DNA of 64,000 nt, taken from IMG/VR virus record IMGVR_UViG_2623621019_000004, positions 5,054 to 69,053 of that record. One strand, 5' to 3'. Positions 7,500-17,460 of the stretch are shown here, piece by piece. The notes under the pieces were generated by a model that saw nothing but the letters and a program-made list of their open reading frames with translations, had not been told where the DNA came from and did no database searches. Every line of letters starts with the position of its first letter. The stretch's first letter is position 1. Both the position numbers and the translations under genes were made by a program. Origin of the DNA: a virus. Lineage: Duplodnaviria; Caudoviricetes.

Positions 7500-9041
7500 G
7501 TGAACGACAGCAAGGTTATTGAGAGGATATATGGCTCAATCCTTACAATCTCTGGTAACGACGAATATTCGTTTAACGTACTGAATGTTCGTTGGGGCTT
7601 CAAGAGTGGTGATTTGTACCAGAAGAACATGCTTCTGATGATGAAGAACATCAGAATGCTGGCCAAGAATACACCTATCTTATATGGTAATGGCTGCTAC
7701 TGGATGTTCGATGGCAAGATATATACGCCCATCAGAGAAGAGCTTATCATCGAGGCTTTCTACATGTTGGTAGAACACCTTGAGATTATCGTAGCTATAC
7801 GAAACAAGGTCTTTAGTGATGCCTACACCAAGAACATCAGGTTCTACAACCCGATGGTGCAGAGTCGTAACCTTATTGCCTTTGAGAACGGAGTGCTGGA
7901 TATCAGCCCGATCCTGAGAGGTAATAAGCCCATCTTCCATGAGGATTTCTCTCCTCGTTTCCATGTTACTTATTATCATCCGTACAAGTACGATGAGAGT
8001 GCCAAGTGTACCAAGTGGCATAACTTCCTGCATGAGGTGCTGCCTGATAAGAACAGCCGTGTAATCTTGCAGATGTTCCTCGGCCTTGGCCTGATAGATA
8101 GCTCTGAGGTCTACTTGCCATACGAAGGAAGGGATGCTGCGAGAGTTGAACTGTGCCTGCTTCTGATAGGCCCAGGAGGCAACGGAAAGAGTGTCGTTTA
8201 TCGTACGGCCAGAGGCATCTATGGTTCTGAGAGAATCTCTGAGTTGAACTACGAGGCCCTGACATCAGGTGGCGACGAGGGTATGCGTAATCGCCTGATG
8301 CTGCGCGATAAGATTTTCAACTGGAACTCTGACGAGGACTGCAGGGCTTTCGGAAAGAAGAACTCGGCGACCTTCAAGAAGATTGTATCGGGCGAGCCTA
8401 TCCTTGAGAGAAAGATTGGTGGCAATGTGACCAGCAACGACAACCTTCCTTACTTGGTGTTCCATCTGAACGAGCTGCCCTACCCTGATGACCAGAGCCT
8501 TGGTTTCATCAGACGCTTGCAGTTCATCAGCTTTGATGTGACAATCCCCAAGGAGCGTCGTAATCCTCATTTGGCTCAGGACTTGATAACCAACTACCCA
8601 GGCATCTTCAATTGGGTGGTGCGCGGCGCATGCGAGCTGATACGTAGAAAGTTCGTGTTCCCGTCATCCGAGGGCCACAAGAGACAGATTCTCCTTACGC
8701 AGCTGAAGAGCAATCCCACACTGGCTTGGGTAAGTGCTTATGACGTGAGACATGAGAGTAACGCCCGCAATGAGAATGGTGCATGGCTCAAGACCAAGGA
8801 CATCATCGCCAGTATCGAGGCTTTCTGTCAGGATAACTACGCTGAAATACCATCGAAGCAGAAGGTCGGGGCCACTCTCAAGTCTCTTGGCTTCATCAAG
8901 CAGAGAAAGGCCGAAGGTAGCGAGTACCTTGTGTTTGGCTGCAATGCAGAGAGAATCTCTCGCCCATTCATCATTCAGAACGAGAACCTTGGCGAGGCTT
9001 ATAACGAGGAAAAGGGAACATTTATCAAGAACGACGATTAA
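7500..9041 (+). CDS. P4/D5-family primase-associated SF3 helicase
   Basis: D5_N-like IAFENGVLD, Walker A GPGGNGKS, FKKIVSGE, RRLQFISF. Confidence 0.85.
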   Translation: MNDSKVIERIYGSILTISGNDEYSFNVLNVRWGFKSGDLYQKNMLLMMKNIRMLAKNTPILYGNGCYWMFDGKIYTPIREELIIEAFYMLVEHLEIIVAIRNKVFSDAYTKNIRFYNPMVQSRNLIAFENGVLDISPILRGNKPIFHEDFSPRFHVTYYHPYKYDESAKCTKWHNFLHEVLPDKNSRVILQMFLGLGLIDSSEVYLPYEGRDAARVELCLLLIGPGGNGKSVVYRTARGIYGSERISELNYEALTSGGDEGMRNRLMLRDKIFNWNSDEDCRAFGKKNSATFKKIVSGEPILERKIGGNVTSNDNLPYLVFHLNELPYPDDQSLGFIRRLQFISFDVTIPKERRNPHLAQDLITNYPGIFNWVVRGACELIRRKFVFPSSEGHKRQILLTQLKSNPTLAWVSAYDVRHESNARNENGAWLKTKDIIASIEAFCQDNYAEIPSKQKVGATLKSLGFIKQRKAEGSEYLVFGCNAERISRPFIIQNENLGEAYNEEKGTFIKNDD

Positions 9042-9066
9042 TTTGAATAACTAAATATTAGAATTT

Positions 9067-9237
9067 ATGATTTGTACAATTATCATCATTATTTCGCAGC
9101 TGATTAAGCTGGGTTACTGGATTTACAAGAGTGGAAAGAAGCATGACGTTGGAGATGCCATTGCTTCGGTTATAGCTATTGCTATCGAGTTCGCCATATT
9201 CTACGGCGCAGGGCTGTTTGATAAGCTTGGTTGGTAA
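9067..9237 (+). CDS. Small membrane protein (56 aa)
   Basis: Read manually: MICTIIIIISQLIKLGYWIYKSGKKHDVGDAIASVIAIAIEFAIFYGAGLFDKLGW. Confidence 0.6.
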   Translation: MICTIIIIISQLIKLGYWIYKSGKKHDVGDAIASVIAIAIEFAIFYGAGLFDKLGW

Positions 9238-9254
9238 TTAAGATTGAACAATTT

Positions 9255-9677
9255 ATGGATAACAAGAAAATAGGTATTAGCATCAAGGGAAAGGCAATCG
9301 AGCTTCCCTGCGATCAGATTCAGCTTGATTTGGCAAAAGGTAACGATAAGGGTGCTATCAACGTGGTAAACAAGAATGGCGAGGTCACCATGTCCTTCAG
9401 CAGCAAGGAAGATGTCGAGCCTTTCGCAGAGTGGTTCAAGGAAACCATGTCTAAGTTCAAGAAAGAGCGAAAGACACTGCTGTGGGCTGTCACTCACGGC
9501 TACGTCGTAACAATCATGATGTACAGCGAGGAGACTGGAGACTACGAGATGCCTATCCACACTCCTAAGCTCCTGAAAGAGGTGTTCCACTGCGTTCCCT
9601 TCGTTCCTGAGCTGAATATCTACACTAAGGATGGTGACCCATGTTTCATCCACAAAGGCCGCATCGTTAAGCTATGA
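9255..9677 (+). CDS. Hypothetical protein
   Basis: ORF in operon; ATG start at MDNKK. Confidence 0.75.
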   Translation: MDNKKIGISIKGKAIELPCDQIQLDLAKGNDKGAINVVNKNGEVTMSFSSKEDVEPFAEWFKETMSKFKKERKTLLWAVTHGYVVTIMMYSEETGDYEMPIHTPKLLKEVFHCVPFVPELNIYTKDGDPCFIHKGRIVKL

Positions 9678-9814
9678 GCAGGTGGACTGACTGGTATTGG
9701 AATAAAGGCGGCAGGGAGAAAGTTCAATACTCCAGAAAGGTAACTCAGGTTCTGCGCGCCATGGAAAGAGAAAAGCAAGAGAAACAATCAAATAACAAAT
9801 AAAGGATAACAATT

Positions 9815-10378
9815 ATGAATGAATCAGTAAAAACCTTAGAGTTTGGAAAGAAGTACCGCGTAGGTAACTTCATAGTGTTTAAGTTTACAAAGACCCTCAA
9901 GAAGAAAGAGGTCGAGCATCTGCGTAATCAGATGGGGATCCCCGAAGATATCCGTAAGCACCTGCAGCGCGCCCAGCTCCCCTTCATCAAGATTGAGGCC
10001 ATTAGTGGCATTTGGGCTATGGAATACGCCTGTGGTGCCATGCTCTACTCATTGCTCGACACTCTGCTGCCCAAGGCATTCGAGGCTGAGAAGAACGGCG
10101 TGGAGCTGGAGGCCGATTCGGTTGCAGACTTTGCACACCTGTTCGCTATGATGTACACAGACACCTGCGTTTTGGGTGATTCTATCTATCAGGCAGACAA
10201 GGCGAACGCCCTGAATGCTCTCATGGCTCGTCAGAAAGCCTTTGCAGCCTCTATCGAGGCTCCCGAAGAGAAAGCTAAGGACGATGAGATTTTGAACGAG
10301 CAGAAGGAAAATGCAGAGCATAAGGCCAAAATCATTGATATGGCTGCAGCTATCAAGGAAGGAGGTCAGAATGCATAA
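9815..10378 (+). CDS. Hypothetical protein
   Basis: 187-aa ORF preceded by AGGATAAC. Confidence 0.8.
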   Translation: MNESVKTLEFGKKYRVGNFIVFKFTKTLKKKEVEHLRNQMGIPEDIRKHLQRAQLPFIKIEAISGIWAMEYACGAMLYSLLDTLLPKAFEAEKNGVELEADSVADFAHLFAMMYTDTCVLGDSIYQADKANALNALMARQKAFAASIEAPEEKAKDDEILNEQKENAEHKAKIIDMAAAIKEGGQNA

Positions 10379-10742
10379 GGACGCAAGAAATCGTATCATC
10401 GACAATGTAGAGGATTTGGCTCTTGTAAAGAGCACCATTGATGCTATCTGCTGTGGTATAGAGAATGGCTCTGATATGCCAAGTACTATCCCAGTCTGCA
10501 ACGACCTGATGCTTACTGACCAACTGGGAAAGATTGCTGGCTGCATCACCAGTATGAGAGAGCAGAACTCCTTGTTTCCTAAATGGCACCTGCTGAAGAA
10601 AGGTGGCCGACTGCCCGTCACCAGTCTGATTATGACTCTCGATGGCAGGTATAGCACAGTAACGACTACTGCAGGAGTTAAGGTTGGTCAGGACTGCTTG
10701 TATATGTCTATAGATGAACTTATAGCATTGGGATTGGGATGA
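10371..10742 (+). CDS. Hypothetical protein
   Basis: Overlapping start/stop with neighbours. Confidence 0.7.
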   Translation: MHKDARNRIIDNVEDLALVKSTIDAICCGIENGSDMPSTIPVCNDLMLTDQLGKIAGCITSMREQNSLFPKWHLLKKGGRLPVTSLIMTLDGRYSTVTTTAGVKVGQDCLYMSIDELIALGLG

Positions 10743-11209
10743 AACAGATAATCGGTATCGATCCTGGCGAACACGGCGGCATTGCCGTGCTCGACCAAGC
10801 CCACAAGGTGATTGAGGTCGTGAAGATGCCCGAAACACCACTGGACATCTTAGAGTTCCTTCGCAGGTATAATCCCGAAGAAACGATGGTCTACCTTGAG
10901 GATGTCGGCAAAGGTCGCCCCGGGCAGAGTTCAAAAGCTACTGCCACATTCGCCCGCCACAATGGACACCTTGAAATGGCCTTGCTGGCACTCGGCTTCT
11001 CGACAGTCAAGGTGACACCTCAGAAGTGGATAAAGATGTATCAGCTCGGCAAGAGTTCTGACTATGAGAAGAGTGAGTGGAAACGCAGACTCAAGGCCAA
11101 GGCTCAGGAGCTGTTCCCCAACCTCGGCAAGAAAGTCACTCTTCTTACGTGCGACGCGCTCCTGATTAGTTTGTACGGATTAAGACAGGAGTTTAATGGC
11201 AAAGATTAA
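10739..11209 (+). CDS. RuvC-like Holliday junction resolvase
   Basis: IIGIDPG, VYLE, VTPQKW, DALLI motifs. Confidence 0.85.
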   Translation: MKQIIGIDPGEHGGIAVLDQAHKVIEVVKMPETPLDILEFLRRYNPEETMVYLEDVGKGRPGQSSKATATFARHNGHLEMALLALGFSTVKVTPQKWIKMYQLGKSSDYEKSEWKRRLKAKAQELFPNLGKKVTLLTCDALLISLYGLRQEFNGKD

Positions 11210-11399
11210 GGTTGTATTAGTAACCTGCGGCAGTTGTGCCAACTGCACCCCAGTGACATCACCTGAGAATCTGCTCTCTATCAAAGGTGAGCCGATTCTT
11301 GGGAGATGCCCACACTGGACAGAATCAAAGAGTGTGTTGCTCTCATGGCCACACCCATGTAAGTTTCATATTAACAAAGTAAATAACAAAGTACAATGA
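11196..11399 (+). CDS. Small Cys-rich protein
   Basis: CGSCANC...RCPH...CKFH. Confidence 0.65.
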   Translation: MAKIKVVLVTCGSCANCTPVTSPENLLSIKGEPILGRCPHWTESKSVLLSWPHPCKFHINKVNNKVQ

Positions 11400-12112
11400 A
11401 GAATTATGTAAACATGGCAGCTAATGCCTATTATCACCGTGATGGTATCGTAACTGAAATAAAGGAGTATTATAACGAAGCAACCGATCGCTTCTCAATG
11501 ATTCATGTTCTTATCGGCATGGCCTATACAGAGACCTTGAAAGTTATCGACGTTATCGATGACAGAGGTATGCGCAGACAGATGATAAAGAAGCTGCTTA
11601 TCCCATTTGAAGAGAGATACAATGCCTATAAAGACCATCTTCGTGAGCACATGACCGATGAAGCCTGGGGCCTGCTGTGGGATTATGTACGCTTGGCCAA
11701 CGATAAGGCTTCAAATAAGATTAACCTGCTTCGTCAGGCTTGTTACAACTATCTCAAGAACAACGGAGTTGCCGAATGCAAGCTGATTGCTCAGAGCGAG
11801 GTAGCCGTATTACTCTGGCAGATTGTAGCAGAAACCTACACCCTGTTCTTCAAGAGTTACAAGCAGCTCTGTGGCGTTGATTTCAGTAAGGATTTCGCCT
11901 ATGCAGACATGAAAACGTGCCGTGATAAGTGGCTCCTGATTACTGAGGAACTATCCAAGAGTGCAAGAGGTTTGAATTTTAGTGATAATCTCCGCTGCCG
12001 TAATGCTTGGGCCGACCTGAAAGCAGAGATTGATCGAACAGAGTTCTTTGATGATGCAGCTGCTGGGGCTTTAAATGTAAATCCTCGGATTTACGAGAAA
12101 TATGTGGCGTAA
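11396..12112 (+). CDS. Hypothetical protein
   Basis: 238-aa ORF, last of operon. Confidence 0.8.
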   Translation: MKNYVNMAANAYYHRDGIVTEIKEYYNEATDRFSMIHVLIGMAYTETLKVIDVIDDRGMRRQMIKKLLIPFEERYNAYKDHLREHMTDEAWGLLWDYVRLANDKASNKINLLRQACYNYLKNNGVAECKLIAQSEVAVLLWQIVAETYTLFFKSYKQLCGVDFSKDFAYADMKTCRDKWLLITEELSKSARGLNFSDNLRCRNAWADLKAEIDRTEFFDDAAAGALNVNPRIYEKYVA

Positions 12113-12118
12113 AATGAA

Positions 12119-12144
12119 TATGGGGAGTCTTTCGATTCCCCATA
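12119..12144. terminator. Hairpin between convergent genes
   Basis: TATGGGGAGTC-TTTC-GATTCCCCATA. Confidence 0.7.
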
Positions 12145-12151
12145 AACATTC

Positions 12152-14506
12152 TTATTGAATTGTTATTTTTTTAGTTTTCCCCAAATGAGAGACTATATAA
12201 ATTCCTTTAGGTAGGTAGTCTTCAAATTTAGTTACTGCATGACCAGAATAAACAAGATTACCATCAAGTGCGTATATAGTCATAGTTTCAGAAATTACAC
12301 TATTCTTTGTTGTATTAATGCCTGTTGAAGAACTCTCCTTAATAGTTGTGAAGTTTCTCCATACTGGAGCAGCTGAATATTTGCTACTACAACCTGTAGG
12401 TACATAAAGAGTGGCAGAACTATATATGTTATCAAAAGATGATTCGCTAATTTCGGGGGGAGTTATAGCATCACAATGAATTTCTTTTATTGAAGAGCAT
12501 CCCTCAAAGCATCTTTCTTCAATAAGTGATAAACTACTTGGTAGTGTTAAAGTCTCCAATGAGTAACAACCTTCAAAAGCTCCCTTATCAATATGAGTTA
12601 TCTTCGCTCCCAAAAAGGTGACATTTTTTAGATTTCCACATAAATAAAAACACTGACTGCCGATAGTTGATACATTGGCAGGAATTTGTATATCTATGAG
12701 CGACGAACATCCTCTAAATGTACCTGTGGTAAACTGGGTATAACCGTCACCGTCATAATTATCAGGGAATACTACCTCTTTTAAATTAGAACAATCTTCG
12801 AAAAGATACCATCCTGTTGCTCCCCAATACTTTGAATAATATACTTTTGTCAATTTTGCACATCCTTGGAAGGCAAAGTTGCCAAAGTCATTTCTTAATT
12901 CTGTAAAGTCTATCTCGCTTAGATTATATGACGAAGCAAGTGAATTTAAGAAATTGGCATCATCTTGGCCTATACTATTGGTCAGAACAACTTTCTTTAT
13001 ATTATTCAATTCATTATTATACTTTGACAGTACAGTGGCTTTTAACCTTCCTACTTCCTCGTATGGGAGATTTACAAAGAGTGTTTCATCCGAGAATGAT
13101 ACATTATCACTAATTTCTTTATTCACGACTTCCGCATCCTCTGTACCTTCTTCTATATTGCTGAATAAACTCCATCCTGCAGCAGTTTGATATTCAGCCT
13201 TAGTACCCTTTGGAACGATCAACTTTGCAGTAGTAAATTGATTCCCAAAAGAATCTTCTTTGGCACTGGGAGGATTTGCTGATTTTAAAGTGATTGTTTT
13301 CAAATTAGAGCACAAATAAAAGCACTGACTTCCTATGGATGTAACAGTTGCAGGTATTGTTATTTCTTCTAGTGAAGAACATCCCCTAAAAGTACCCGTT
13401 TCAAATTTGTTGTAGCCTCCATAGATATAATTATCAGGAAATTCTATTTTTTTCAAGTTTGAGCAATCTTCAAACAAATACCAACCTGTCGAGTTCCAAT
13501 ATCTTGAATATTTAACTTCACTTAGTTTGGTACAGCCTTGAAAAAGGAAATTATACAATGTTGACTGCAAATTAGTCATATCTAATGAGATTAACGAATA
13601 TGCACAACAGAGAGAATTTAGAAAACTACCATCATCTTTATTTAGGAATCCTTCTAATACGGCATGTTTTATAGAATTAATCTCACTTGTTATACCTAAT
13701 ACAGAAGCACGAAGTGAACCTTGCTCTTCATTTGTCATGTTACAAAAGAGAGTATCATTTCTGAGAGCTACATTATTACTGATTTTCGTTCCGTCATCAT
13801 TATAATGATAATTTGCATCTTCTTTTATATTTTCAAACAGGCACCATCCTGCAGCAGTTCTATAATTGAGAAGTGAGCCTGTAGGAACATAAATGGTTGC
13901 TGAAGAGAACTGTCCTCCAAACGTATCAGAAGTGGCAAAAGGCGCATTGCCAGACTTTAAATGAATCTCTTTCAAATTACCGCATAAATAGAAAACCTGC
14001 GAATCCATGTGCGTAATGGTTCCAGGAATCGTGATAGTCTCCAAAGATGTACATCCTCTGAACGTGCCAGAAGGCATTGTAGTCAATGCACATTCGTCAT
14101 CATTCGGAAAAAGGACTTCCGATAAATTGGTGCAATCTTCAAACAAGTATTGTACAGTAGATGTCCAGTGCTTTGAATATTTTACAGACCTGATTTTTAC
14201 ACACCCCTCTAATCCTTGATAAGACATAGAACTATACAACTCTGTCATATCAAGATTTTCAAGACTATATTGTTTTCCCAAGGTATGAATAAAGTCTTCG
14301 TCTGGTTGAGAAATATAGCCTCCAATAACAAGAGTCTTGATAACATTCAAATCAGGAATATCCGAAGTTTGGCTTTTTAATGTGCCAACTTCATCATAAT
14401 TCAAATTACAATAAAGAGTATCATTACTCAACTTTACATTTCCCGCATTAGCACAATATGCTATGAATAAGCCAATGGCAACATTAAATATCCTTTTATT
14501 TATCAT
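12152..14506 (-). CDS. BspA-type leucine-rich-repeat surface protein with signal peptide and T9SS-like C-terminal domain (moron)
   Basis: Repeated F.GC.SL..I.IP LRR units in three large internal repeats; C-terminal IYALDG...LPKGIYIV...KKITIQ; own -7 box TATATTTG at 14531-14538. Confidence 0.9.
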   Translation of the reverse strand: MINKRIFNVAIGLFIAYCANAGNVKLSNDTLYCNLNYDEVGTLKSQTSDIPDLNVIKTLVIGGYISQPDEDFIHTLGKQYSLENLDMTELYSSMSYQGLEGCVKIRSVKYSKHWTSTVQYLFEDCTNLSEVLFPNDDECALTTMPSGTFRGCTSLETITIPGTITHMDSQVFYLCGNLKEIHLKSGNAPFATSDTFGGQFSSATIYVPTGSLLNYRTAAGWCLFENIKEDANYHYNDDGTKISNNVALRNDTLFCNMTNEEQGSLRASVLGITSEINSIKHAVLEGFLNKDDGSFLNSLCCAYSLISLDMTNLQSTLYNFLFQGCTKLSEVKYSRYWNSTGWYLFEDCSNLKKIEFPDNYIYGGYNKFETGTFRGCSSLEEITIPATVTSIGSQCFYLCSNLKTITLKSANPPSAKEDSFGNQFTTAKLIVPKGTKAEYQTAAGWSLFSNIEEGTEDAEVVNKEISDNVSFSDETLFVNLPYEEVGRLKATVLSKYNNELNNIKKVVLTNSIGQDDANFLNSLASSYNLSEIDFTELRNDFGNFAFQGCAKLTKVYYSKYWGATGWYLFEDCSNLKEVVFPDNYDGDGYTQFTTGTFRGCSSLIDIQIPANVSTIGSQCFYLCGNLKNVTFLGAKITHIDKGAFEGCYSLETLTLPSSLSLIEERCFEGCSSIKEIHCDAITPPEISESSFDNIYSSATLYVPTGCSSKYSAAPVWRNFTTIKESSSTGINTTKNSVISETMTIYALDGNLVYSGHAVTKFEDYLPKGIYIVSHLGKTKKITIQ

Positions 14507-14770
14507 ATGCTAGTACTTTATAATTTGCTGCAAATATAAGCATTACTTTTAAAAAATAACCTTCTATGTGGAAATAATTGCAAAAATTCTTTGTTTTTAT
14601 TTGGGTAATCACTAAATTTGTGGGCAGAAATAAAATTCTGACTAATATAAAGAAGAAGGGGGTTCTGGTTAAGGGAAGGGAATAAAACGTTAAAAGTCGG
14701 CTGTAAACTCAAATTTGCAGCTGTTTTTCTTTGTCTTAAATATAAATAAGGAGCATTGTGTGGCGGAGAA

Positions 14771-14800
14771 AGAAGGGCTGAATCTTTAATCAGCCCTTCT
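14771..14800. terminator. Intrinsic terminator
   Basis: AGAAGGGCTGA...TCAGCCCTTCT. Confidence 0.7.
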
Positions 14801-14806
14801 GTTTAA

Positions 14807-16111
14807 TTAGAGATTAAGCCTTTCAGGATGGTCATATACATAATTGACATCGAAAACAAAGATGTATTCATTAACAACATCTTTAATTTGTATTGGTAAC
14901 ATTAATCTAAGCTGGCCTGGTTCTAGAGCTGGCTTAGACGGGTACATAGAGTCAGTAACCCATTCTTTCAAAATGTCACTGTATCTTACATTGCAATTAG
15001 GCGCAGCCAAATCTTCTATTTTGGCTCCTTTAATGATAGTAGAAGCTGGTTGGTCTGCTTCACGCTGAGAATACTTTGTGCCAACGTGCATAACCTTTGA
15101 TGTCGTGCCATCATAGTCCACAAAAACGGCTTCATTCCAAACGACCTTAATAGAGTTGTCTGAAACATTTCTCAGGATGAAATCAAATTGCTTACTTCCG
15201 CCGAAGATAAGGATGTCTATAACATTATCAACATAACTGTATTTTGATATGTTCTTGTCCTTGTCTTCAACTGTTGTGGTCTTTCCGTATCTGATGGCGG
15301 GATTGGCTGGTTTTTCAACCTTTGAGAGAACTGAAACATAGTGGCCTTCCAAATCGTGCTCAAACGCATCTATTTCAGGATTATTTACTTCACATACTTC
15401 CTTTTTGTCAGGATTTTCTGGATTCTGTAAATTATATAAAGCATATTTTGGATTGTATGCTTCTTTTGGTTTTGGATAACTGATACCAACAACCTTATAT
15501 TGATGCTTAACTTTGGGATGCGTAAGTGTCTTGCCATAGTATGAGCAAGCCACTTTAGCCTCTTCTTCTGTGCAAGAAATTATACTGCCATCAAAATCAC
15601 TCTTAATAACAATATGTGGGGTTGGAAATTTGTTGTATGAACCGAGCATTTTAAAATCTATCACTTTTGCTACAGGCTGCCCTTCAGAATTGTTAATTGC
15701 CTTTCCAATAATAGTATTTTTATCCGCTTCAAACTTATCAATCAGGAAAAAACTCTCACAAGTTTTCATCCCTTTGTAATTTTTTTCATGATTCAAATTA
15801 ACCTTTGCTTTGACTTTTTTCCCAGAATCACTTACCAAATCTATAAAGATGAATTTCCCGACCTTAATTTTTTCAATGGTATATATAGCATCTGTTATAC
15901 CTCCCATATCATCGAATCTGTACGCATCATATGAATCGTCAATTCCATTCGCTGGCGAATACTCGAACACTTTTACATGTTGCCCTACATACTGTTGTAA
16001 CTCGCTTTCTGATGTGCTGTGCTGCATAGAGTACTTTCCAAAGTTACTCTGTGCAAATGTCATGGTACAATATAATGTAGCCATGCATAGAAAAAACAAA
16101 TACTTTTTCAT
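14807..16111 (-). CDS. Exported hypothetical protein (moron)
   Basis: N-terminal signal peptide ending TFA-Q; AT-rich. Confidence 0.8.
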   Translation of the reverse strand: MKKYLFFLCMATLYCTMTFAQSNFGKYSMQHSTSESELQQYVGQHVKVFEYSPANGIDDSYDAYRFDDMGGITDAIYTIEKIKVGKFIFIDLVSDSGKKVKAKVNLNHEKNYKGMKTCESFFLIDKFEADKNTIIGKAINNSEGQPVAKVIDFKMLGSYNKFPTPHIVIKSDFDGSIISCTEEEAKVACSYYGKTLTHPKVKHQYKVVGISYPKPKEAYNPKYALYNLQNPENPDKKEVCEVNNPEIDAFEHDLEGHYVSVLSKVEKPANPAIRYGKTTTVEDKDKNISKYSYVDNVIDILIFGGSKQFDFILRNVSDNSIKVVWNEAVFVDYDGTTSKVMHVGTKYSQREADQPASTIIKGAKIEDLAAPNCNVRYSDILKEWVTDSMYPSKPALEPGQLRLMLPIQIKDVVNEYIFVFDVNYVYDHPERLNL

Positions 16112-16190
16112 AACAGATAATTTTACTTTTTGTTAGTTTGAAATACTTATTGAGTCTAATCGTCTAAAATAAACTATTTATTTCTCCTGT

Positions 16191-16418
16191 TTAAAGATTG
16201 GCTTCAGATTTCTTGGAGTTGAATATGTTAAACACCTCAGCAGCTATAAATGGCCATTCGGGTAACATCGAAAACCATTTATCCATAAAGATGAAGTCAT
16301 TCTTCGCCTCGTCTATTCCTTTCTGATTGATTTGTTGGCGAATACGATTTATAACTGCATCACGCAGCAACGTAGGCTCACCACTTGATGCGGATATGTT
16401 TTGCTTTTCTTTTATCAT
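16191..16418 (-). CDS. Hypothetical protein
   Basis: Short ORF MIKEKQ... Confidence 0.5.
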   Translation of the reverse strand: MIKEKQNISASSGEPTLLRDAVINRIRQQINQKGIDEAKNDFIFMDKWFSMLPEWPFIAAEVFNIFNSKKSEANL

Positions 16419-16538
16419 TTTCTCATTATTTAGATGAAACAGGTGCAAAAATACATTTTTTTTATAAAAGTGATATGACTTTGCGGGATTTTTTTTAAAT
16501 TTGCCCCAAATATTACATAACTTAAAACAATTTGGATT

Positions 16539-16916
16539 ATGAGAAAAATATTTTTAGCAATTATGTTATTAGCTTCTGTTGCAGTTAATGCACAGAGAAT
16601 AGACAAGCCCAATGAGCCTTACTATATCTATTGTGGTATAGATATACAAACAGATGTTCAAATAGTAATCGGAGAAGATGAATATGTTTTTAATATTATA
16701 GATAATAATGGCGAAAAGCTTAAAATTGAAAAGCCCGCTAACATAAGAACTTATATGTCAAAGAGAGGATGGGATTATGTTGAAAAGTCAGGGCCTTATT
16801 CTTATGTGTTCCGTAAGAAAGTTCTTTCTGATGATGAAGCATTCTCTGATTTTAAGTTAATGTATAAAACAGGTAAAGACAAAGGAAAAATCAGAGAAGA
16901 AAAAATAATCCGATAG
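16539..16916 (+). CDS. Exported small protein, paralog of 34849-35211
   Basis: Signal peptide; AQRIDKPxEPY and MxKRGW shared. Confidence 0.8.
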   Translation: MRKIFLAIMLLASVAVNAQRIDKPNEPYYIYCGIDIQTDVQIVIGEDEYVFNIIDNNGEKLKIEKPANIRTYMSKRGWDYVEKSGPYSYVFRKKVLSDDEAFSDFKLMYKTGKDKGKIREEKIIR

Positions 16917-16933
16917 TATTAGCTTAGATTCTT

Positions 16934-17125
16934 ATGGACAACTACGATGACATAATAAATCTCCCCCACCACGTATCAAAGCGGCATCCTCAGATGTCGA
17001 TGTGGAACCGTGCGGCGCAATTTGCTCCATTTGCTGCTATGACTGGATATGATGAAGCTATCAAGAAATCGCAGCAAAAGAATGAGAAACTATACGAAAC
17101 TGATAAAGTTGAAGAATGGGAATGA
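16934..17125 (+). CDS. Short YolD-like protein
   Basis: YDDIINLPHHVS..HPQMS..NRAAQFAPFAA.TGY signature. Confidence 0.7.
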   Translation: MDNYDDIINLPHHVSKRHPQMSMWNRAAQFAPFAAMTGYDEAIKKSQQKNEKLYETDKVEEWE

Positions 17126-17448
17126 CGAACGACAATTTAAATACCTTCGAGTATCCAAAATCTCAAGAAAGGCTTAATGAAGAAGCTTATCTTGATCGTT
17201 GTCGTGAATACTGGCGAAAAGAGAAAGAAAAAGATAAAGAAATTGAGACCTTACGTTCTAAATTAGGTATCAAGGAAACTATAAAAAATACCCCAGCCAA
17301 GTTATTCGATATATTATTTAAAATAGCTTATTGGTGTATTATTGCTTGTGTATTAGTTGCGCTTATGTGGTTGTTTACTGACGGATTCCCATTGTTAGTA
17401 TTGGGAGTATTATGGGTCGGTGCTCTTCTGCTTAAATGTTGGAAATAA
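17116..17448 (+). CDS. Membrane protein with C-terminal TM hairpin
   Basis: Two hydrophobic segments at the C-terminus. Confidence 0.7.
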   Translation: MGMTNDNLNTFEYPKSQERLNEEAYLDRCREYWRKEKEKDKEIETLRSKLGIKETIKNTPAKLFDILFKIAYWCIIACVLVALMWLFTDGFPLLVLGVLWVGALLLKCWK

Positions 17449-17460
17449 TAAGATAGATAT

